In this document: positions 55,374 through 64,000 of the stretch, piece by piece
Numbering within the stretch: the stretch's first letter is position 1
Layout of the letters: each line of letters opens with the position of its first letter
Assembly: GCA_002633005.1 (NCBI GenBank)
Contig: NMRA01000012.1
Coordinates: 1,072,564-1,136,563, forward strand
DNA: 64,000 bases
Direction of reading: 5' to 3'
Source of the DNA: Phoronis australis
Taxonomy: Eukaryota; Animalia; Phoronida
Translations under genes and position numbers: made by a program
Notes under the pieces: model-generated
The model's database searches: none
What the model was told of the DNA's origin: nothing
What the model saw: only the letters and a program-made list of their open reading frames with translations

Positions 55374-55814
55374 AGTCACATCTACACGCGAGACAGGTAA
55401 CCCAGCGCAGCTAACATGGAACACTGCTGCAGTGCAAGTGTGTGTAAACACATCTGACACGGAGCGAGTGATACTGCGGCAGTCAGTTTTTGACACCCAT
55501 TTGTAGGTAGAGCAAGTTACGCTGGACGAATCAGTTGCTCGGCCAGTGTCAACTACTCTAAACAACTGGGTCAGTGTGGAAATGGATCATCTTTCAATGC
55601 GCTTGTGCAATATCGTGTATTCGGGTGATCAGCTGGCATTCCACGTTGTTTGGACGTTCGCTATTGTTTATGTGAGCATGCACAGACAGTCTTCCTGTAA
55701 GTGACTCATGGTGATCCAGTTTATGATATAATATCGTGTAAATGCGACTAAAGTGAATCAAGTCGCACTGTGACCACCGACACGGTGACGACTGTCTCTC
55801 GTGTAAAAGCAGCT
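55374..55814. mobile_element. Degenerate Harbinger-like non-autonomous element
   Basis: tacacgcgagacag / ctgtctctcgtgta terminal inverted match; internal atatcgtgta repeats. Confidence 0.45.
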
Positions 55815-58800
55815 TGAGAGGAACATCAGTTGGTGAGTATGCTTAAAGTCAAAGTTAACAGTGCACGTTCATTTGGACTGGAGTTAAAAGCGCAAGTTGA
55901 CTTGGCAGCAAACAGGTGGAGTTGACAGAGAAACGTCAATACGTCACTACATTGGGATGGCTTTACTTCAATGTGATTGCAGTTATCTGCAGATGCGAAT
56001 GTCAACAACGGCACATGTTGCATTAAAAATTTGTAAATACGTAAATTTCTGACCTTAAAATCACAGTGCTACCTTCCGGTAATTTTCACTTATCCTGCAT
56101 TACGTGAATTCCATTGTTGGTTTAGTTTCAACTCTGATGCGACAGTTAGAGTTAACTCCATTGTTCCAATGCACCTCTGGCGGCTAATTTAATTCCCAAT
56201 CAGTGGGAAAAGGTCTTAAGGCCAAGAACTTCATCGTGGTGAAATGATATCACACAATTTTTTACCATGGGGTGGCTCACGCCAGCTTTCCAGAACTAAC
56301 CATGCTACAACAATGTACGAAAAATGAGAATTTTTGTTGAAAATCCTTGAGAAAATAAATCGCTGCTTCCCAGCCACATTGTGGATTAGAATTTAAAACA
56401 GGGTTTGACATTTTCACAAAAAACTAAGCAGCTCCACATTCTTATTACAACAACTATTAATCAAGGTAAAATCTCATCGACTTGGGACAAAAATAATTTT
56501 AAAAATTATGCCTTTTTTCAATTGACCTATCGCAAGCTCCGCTCCCTTGCACAATGTCGACACATAAACAATAAGTTTTACCGGGCAACATCTTGTGCGT
56601 CAGGTAAAATGGTGACTTAGAAAAGACAGTGTGTCAAGAATGCTGCATTCTGATTGGTCAGTTAAGCCGTCACTCAAAATCCTGGGATAGGACAATTTTC
56701 AAGTGCTTCTAACATTGTTGTGACTGCCCACAATACGTATCATCTTATGGTAGCTATGGTATAGACTCCACAATATCATCTTATGGCAGCCATTGGTATA
56801 GACCTCGAATGTGTAAGAGCATTAGTACTTTAATGCTAAATTTCTATCATGAAAAACGTGCTGCGTCCCAACAGATGAGATTTTATGTTAACTCATGTCC
56901 ACAGCAACCAGAGGGACTTACAGTCATTTACCAATGTTAGGTACAGTGAAAAATAGTATCTGATACAGTAAAATTAATTACCTCGTATAAAGTCTGGTTG
57001 TTATGTCCCACATTTTAAAACAAAATAAAACATTTGGACATTAGGAGTATAAACTTTAATATTTTCCAAAATCAAACAATGCGGTTCCTCTACAAGTCTC
57101 CATGTAATGCCTTTTCTATAAAGTCAAATTTTCATGTTCAAAACAAAACAGAACTTCTACAATAGAGGAATTTTGCAGTAGTGACCAGATGACCATTACC
57201 CAGACCAGGCTCTATCAGCTGTCCACACCCTCATCTCTGTCAATCACTCAGCAGGCCCTTTACGAACACACCTGGCTGGACGCCATGGCAACCGGAAATG
57301 TCATGACAATAGCAATGTCACCTGTCCTGTGTTTTTCTTTCAATCCAGCCTTCTTTCACAATGAACTTTTCTTTTTCGATGCACTTTAATTACTCCATAT
57401 TCTTGATTAGTCGCTACTCCAGTTTCAACGTTCCCCAGAAACAACACCGGTTACAATACATAAACTGAAACAACAAGAGACTATTGTTTATTAAATTACT
57501 AACCAAAGCAGAAATAATTTTCTCTTTGCAGTTCAAAACGTGAGCGGATTACTTACCAAAATGCAGTAATTTTTTTCTTTTTTCAGACAGAGACAGAGAA
57601 TAGTGGAATAGTGGAATTTTCTCAAGTCAATTTGCTAAATGACAGTAAATATTAAGATCATTGTCGTAGCATAGAACAGACACCATAAAACAATGATTTG
57701 TGAAATTTTGACCATTTGTAGCAAGGTGATCTGTCTTCAGAACTTGGAAAAATACAATTCTGGCAACTGTTTTTGTGTGAAACAACAGGAGAAACCACCA
57801 CAGATATGGATGACGCTGAATGCACACATCTGGCACAGGCAGGAGAATGTAAACAAATAAACAAGTCACAGCTATTTAATTCCATTAATAAAATCTCAAC
57901 TGGATACATAACATCAAAGTGTAGAAAGAGTGGAGTTGATGTAATTGCTACGGACAATTCCAATCTGCCCAGACAAGACACCAACGGTGTCCTTGATCGC
58001 GTTACAACTACAACCATCCATAGACAACAACAGTCATTCCAACACCACACAGCGTCTTAATGGGATTTTAACAAGAATACTTGTCATCTAATAAATTCTA
58101 GGTAACAGTTTCAAGTTCAAAGTGAAAAATACACATAGCTAAGTGACGTTTATTAAAGCCGTCATTTTCATAATTGTAGTTGGTTTGGGTAACAGGCGAC
58201 GTACCTCCCCACACTAGCCAATCGTTCAAGATAAACTCAGCGACTGCCTGTCTCAAAAAAGTGACAAAGCCAACTGAGACCTACGCGCAACTAGCTGACG
58301 AGTCCCAAGGGTCACTTTAACTCAACCAATAATGTGCTGACTTTATAGGCTTGGAGGACATTTACTAAACTAATTACCTGTGTAGTCAAGATGACTAAGG
58401 CAATTAGTCTAAAAAAGACTAGCACGTCAAGATGAGCGCAGAGATTACTAGGCATGCACCGGCATTTACTATCCGTCAATCCCCAGATGGACCATTAATT
58501 TGTATAACAAATGTCTTCACAGTTACATGATTTACATGGACTAATTTGACGCTGAAATCTGTGCCAAGCATCTATTAGACAATAACAGACAATGGCAAAA
58601 CAACTAGACCCACATCAAGCAGAATCTTCCCCAGCTACAATCCTGATGATATCTCATATTACAAAGTTTCCACAATATGGCCAAAAAATAATGGCCAAAA
58701 CTGTCCTTTATAGTTTTCAAAGTCTTTCTACACAGCAATAAAAGCTCTGAATGTTACGAAGTATTTCATAATAGGACATAACCCAATGGAATTCCTTTTG

Positions 58801-59610
58801 TTATTTTTGTTGAGAAATTTTGCTAAACAAAATTCCAGTTTTGTGCCATATCGTGTTCAGAGTTTAAAAAAATGTTACCATAATGAAAAAGTATAATTTT
58901 AGTTTAAGAAATGAGACATTCACAATGTACAATGCATTCCAAATATGATGAGAATTCTCTGGTAAAGAGTCATACAGGCCAGAAGCTGAAACCCAGTTGG
59001 ATCTTCATTCAACATCCTATTCAAATCAATCTTTTCATTATAACATTTTATTAGAAGCACAGCAATGAAGTAACACAATAAAGTTACAAATGTGACTTTT
59101 AGTACGGCACAATAGGAACAAGTAGCTTGAAGTGATATGCAGGGCTACGTGTAGGAAAATTTTACAACAACGTCAAAATAATGCCAAATGAGTACACCAG
59201 ATCTTTAACTAGTTAACATGCAATACGGCGGATAAATATAAATTATTGAATTTCAGAGGAAAATACACAATGAGAAAATTTCACTCTGCCAATAGTGTAG
59301 CTTGTCATGCAGTTGTCATGATCACATAAGGATTCACAGCAAGGTAGTTGACATTTGAAAAAATAGAAAAAAGTAAATAAATTTTCAGACTTTTTGATGC
59401 AAAACAACAATGCAGACTGTGCTCTATAACCGAACCAATGTTATGAGTTCATAAAACACCACTCCTCACCTGCATCGGTTATTGAGCGAGTAATTAACCA
59501 ATTAGTGCAGACAACAAAAAGACTGACTAATATTTACTTAGGATATGACATGATGAAGATCTGTTTTGTTTTGAAACGCTATTTTTCCACTGTACTGGTA
59601 TTGAGACCAT

Positions 59611-59653
59611 ACACACACACACACACACATCAGCACACACACACACACACACA
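59611..59653. repeat. Interrupted (CA)n microsatellite
   Basis: Read directly. Confidence 0.95.
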
Positions 59654-60909
59654 CCGCCAGAATATCCCCTCATTAAGCCCACTCAATACTAACACTTTGA
59701 TCCTATTGTCTCCCTTCTTCAATCAGCAACCTTCACAACAAAACTCACGTGCAAATAAAACACAATGTAGTGCGTGTCCAAGAACAAGGTAAACAGAAGT
59801 GATACATAGACAGAACATTAAAAAAAACACAAAGTTTCCCCTTTCCCTGGTACTCTGTGCCCTAGAAAAAAAAAAACAGCTGTAAACCAGCCAGAGAGCA
59901 GACGACTTGGTGTTAGAATTGTGTAAGGCTAAACTTCTCCACAAAGATGTGGTGTGTGAACCAGAGGCCAGCGATGTGGGGCTGTCACTCACACGTAACT
60001 GTTAAGACCAGGCTATGGTGTGTGTAAGGCAACACCATGGAACAATACAACCCCAGTCATGGGTCAGTGCGCTTGTGAAGTCAACACCAAGCTTTCAGCC
60101 ACTGACATTTAACTCTGATAAATGCAAGCCACACTTTTCGAGTCTTGTATGAAAATCAGCTACAGTAAGTTCTTATCCAGAGAAGTCCACGTGCTGAGTT
60201 TCTCGGCCACCGTGACAATTTAAAAACAAAAGGGCACTGCTGGGTTGGGTTTAATTTGTATTTTTTGCATGTTTTCCTTGGAGACTGCTAATACTAAACA
60301 ATTTTGTACAACACAAACATTCTTTGAAAGCTGGGGATGTTATCCTGAAGGAAAAATTTATATTTTCTCACTTGATTAAGTAAATTCCACAGTTCGTTGA
60401 AATTCATCGTAGATTATGCAATTTTGTTCAGAATAATCTATTTAGTTGCTTCATCACCTCATCCAGACAAAACAGTTTTCTGTGCACAAAAATTGCTTAA
60501 CAGTTGTGAAATAGGATAGAAAAACGACAGAATTAAGCTAAGAATTTCCAGAGTTTACATATGGGGTGGTTTTCGCATATCATCGCAACCTTCAGTCACC
60601 ATCTCAAGTCTCGCGGTGTCAGTGTTGTGAAACTGGAAAGACTGCTTGGTGATATCATAATATGGTTAAAGGCCTGTTTACACAAATCTTTTTTTGTAGA
60701 ATTTGTGCGACCTTTTCCCAGAATATTAGAAGTTTATCGTTATTAACGAAAAAATTGTGGATTTTGTTCACCTGAATAAAAATTGTGCATAGAAAAATTA
60801 CAGAATATCTTCGGGAAGAGTTCTATAAAAACACTCGCATGACTGGACCATTAGATTCCAGCTAAAGTAACTTTGTTGTGACGATGACCTGTTTCAAGCA
60901 GCATTCACT

Positions 60910-60947
60910 NNNNNNNNNNNNNNNNNNNNNNNNNNNNNNNNNNNNNN
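60910..60947. other. Assembly gap (38 N); single-N contig joins also at 6882, 9507 and 19423
   Basis: N characters in the sequence. Confidence 0.99.
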
Positions 60948-63900
60948 CCCCCCAAACCACAGTGTGCCCACAAATACCACAGCAATGAAGAGTAGAATTG
61001 TAGTCTTTGTTAGATTCAACCTCGTATAAAATGGGAACCCATTAATGGAACAGCAACACAATGCATTCTGGCTTGAATGTCACAATTAGAGAATGAAGAA
61101 ATTCTCTACCAACTATGTCATAGATGATGAATGACTTTCTGACTACTACCCTATCAATGACAACTAGGGTGACTTAAGTACATCAAGGGGGCCACTCAAA
61201 AGACCACAAATTATATGTTACCCTAGATTAAAATGGCCAAAGCCCATCCAATTGAAATCATATTAGGTATGTATTCACTCCCAGTCTTTTATTGCGGGCC
61301 AGTTGAGCGAATCATTTCATAAAGTTATGTTGAGTACAAACTCCTATCAAATAGACAACATCCCCCAGAGTACTTTTTTGTAAAATAACACGGCTTGTGT
61401 TCTACATCCACGTTTTTATTGTGCTTAAGTCAAGTGTTTCACCAACACTGCGGTGCTGCAGTGTGGTTCAGATCTATTGTGGCCCTGAGCGAGGCACAGG
61501 TAATTATCATCGTCCCCCTGTTCAAAGCGTCAATACAGGTGATGTGCACTGGTTGCCCTGGAATGAGGCATAATTTATGCACGATGCCGGAATTAAAAAA
61601 TATTCAACCAAACATGACGATGAATTCATTTTGAATCAACATGAGACCTTATGGTAACTGACTCTCTGTAAAAATCATCCAGTATAGAGCTGCTACAGCA
61701 ATTATAGCTACAACTGTAGTTTTTCATTTAATGAAGGCTTACTGCATCTCTGCAAATACTCAAACAATCACCAAATGTTGTTCAATGGCACAGTATATAA
61801 TAGTGCCAACTATGCTAACAATTTTCTGTGTACATTTGTTGAGAAATTTGACAAAACAAACACTCCACTTCCATGCCTGTTCTGATTTGCTCAATTTTAC
61901 CACAGTATTTTCTATGCGACTAACACTGAAAAGTTAGACAGATGTTTCTCCTGATTTGCCCAAATTAAAGATTTGCTACAAAAGGGGCCTGTAAAAGTAA
62001 CAGTTTGACCTTGAAATTCGAAACTACAAATAAATACAGAGAATGTATTACACTGACACTCTAAAATGTCAACTATTTGGGACACAATGTGAGGAACAAG
62101 TGATATTACATTCTCGTTTTTGCATAAACGATACGACATAGTAAAGTAATGCTTTACCATTTCCAAGCACTGCTGTGTAACTAACACAAGACAACTGTTT
62201 AGTAAAATTGGTGACACTAACGACAATTTTAGGAGCCTTTTAAGAATGGGAGAAGAGCGATGCCAGTCAAGAGGTTTTGTCTGAAATTGGCAAGACTTTA
62301 CATTACAATATTGTGTAGCTGTCTCAGGTCACTACGTAAGATCGTAAAAATCTCTAGTTTGTTACAATGACATATGATTTTGTTCAAGGTCGAATTGTAT
62401 CAAATTTAAGAAATAGGCAATATTGGTCGTCCCAAACTTACGATCTACGACAACTGATAATTCTTACAAGCAATGGGGATGCATGAAAACACATCGGATG
62501 CTATCATGAACCGACAATTCTATTTTAAAACTGTTATTACTATTACAAAATTCACGCGTCTGATATTTGAGAAATATGATGAATGTGAAAGTTGCCCATG
62601 TCACAATCTTAAGAAACAAGAAAATTCAATTTTGGCCTGAATTTCGGTGTCCAAAATTTTAGAGACTTCCCAAACGGGAGAATTTGTTCTGTAGATCTAA
62701 AATAGTGAACAACACTACAACACATATACAGAAACAATTTGTCAATTTGGAACAGTAATATATATTTGTTAAAATTGACATTTTTGTATTTTTCAGCTCC
62801 GTATATTGTTTATAATATATCAAATGTTGCCTGGCAACAAATAAACGGTACAAACCATAGTAAAGGTAAACTGAAATTTCCTGAAAACTATTTTTTGTTA
62901 AGAAATGTGATAACATAAAATTCCACTCATTTGCCAAGCTTTTCCCAAACTGAAGTTTTTAGTATAGGCCCATTAAACCCTTCGATTTTCTGAGACCAGG
63001 AAAGGGCCTATTTTATACTATACAGCATCGCAGATCAGACCGCTACCGAAATCTTTTGTTTTGGATGACAGAAATGAGTGGTTCACTCTGCCTTCTTGCT
63101 TGAGGCAACAAATAAATCAATGTATCAAATGCTTAGGATAAATCGATGAAGAATGTTCCAACAAAAGGCAGGAGGACTTGCCTTTTGATTTAATTATGTG
63201 GAAATATTGAACAATTGATCTAATAAGTTCACACACCTTTCGCATGCATTAATTATCCAAAACAGACAAATCAAGACCCTAAGACAATGAGCTGGTGTCC
63301 TGACAGTGCACGCAAGAATCAAAGGAACCGGCGTGTTGATCAACAAACAACAGTTCACAATGACCTTGACCTTTGGGTCGAAGGCGTTCCGTTGAACATC
63401 AAAAACACAAGTGATGAAAAGATAGTCACCAGTTGATAAAATCAGCATCAAATACATACTGGACCATAGTATTTGATAAGTCTGAGAAACCAAAACATAT
63501 TAGTTCTGATAAACAGCCACAGGTCCACACGGGACTTTAAGCACCATGACCTCTTGAAGAATTCAAATTACCGGTAATCCCCATACCGATTTTTGAGGAT
63601 TCTCAATTAAATCCAAACGGCTACAGTAATGAAAAGCCTTCGACACAAACCGTTTGTGTGACAGTCGATCAATAAATTTCAGCACACCGTTTTTAATACT
63701 CACCGTCTAATTCAAATGCAGAGTAAAAAAGACATTTACAAGCAAAATTAAAATGAGAAATTTTGTTCTATAAAACTAAAGTACCAAGAGCAGTCTGACC
63801 ATAGGAAGCTCATTATTGCCAAACAACAATGGAAATAATAAATTCATTAACAAACAGTGACTGAGGAGTGCCCTTAGTTAGGACTGAATTAGGAAGAGAA

Positions 63901-64000
63901 AAAACCAATTACAGACTTGACTAGATGGAATTAGCCAGGATCAATAAAACTGGCCCAAAATCCATGTAGTTTATAATTCACAACACACACTGACGCCATT

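Noticed and set aside
57658-58060. Overlapping 95-aa and 130-aa ORFs as a gene
   Set aside because: No recognisable domain and no convincing spliced partner exons
58295-58320. CTGACGAGTCCCAAGGG as a hammerhead ribozyme
   Set aside because: No GAAA core follows the stem; at best a decayed fragment

Overview
This is animal (eukaryotic) genomic DNA, AT-rich and intron-containing; an invertebrate deuterostome such as a hemichordate is a guess from gene architecture, not something shown. Most ORFs in the supplied track are spurious. Two spliced genes can be rebuilt by hand, both on the minus strand with consistent GT-AG sites and phases. (1) A complete 6-exon LIM-homeobox gene of the Lhx1/5 (Lim1) family, CDS 41239->18051, 1242 nt, 413 aa. 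(2) The first six coding exons (163 codons) of NSUN2/Trm4, a tRNA m5C methyltransferase, 7669->1874, running off the left edge. The ~1.95 kb block holding NSUN2 exon 1 occurs twice in tandem across a single-N junction, probably as uncollapsed haplotypes. The ~23 kb upstream of Lhx1/5 has no recognisable coding gene. The window is rich in MITE-like inverted repeats and also has a piggyBac-like end, a Penelope-like fragment with a minimal hammerhead ribozyme, and a 26-bp minisatellite. The best leads are a possible non-AUG mitochondrial presequence on NSUN2, an in-frame alternative donor adding 20 aa to Lhx1/5, the U3-A8 variant hammerhead, and a dispersed hairpin family with conserved arms and unrelated spacers. 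I found no CRISPR array, rRNA, tRNA or prokaryote-type system.
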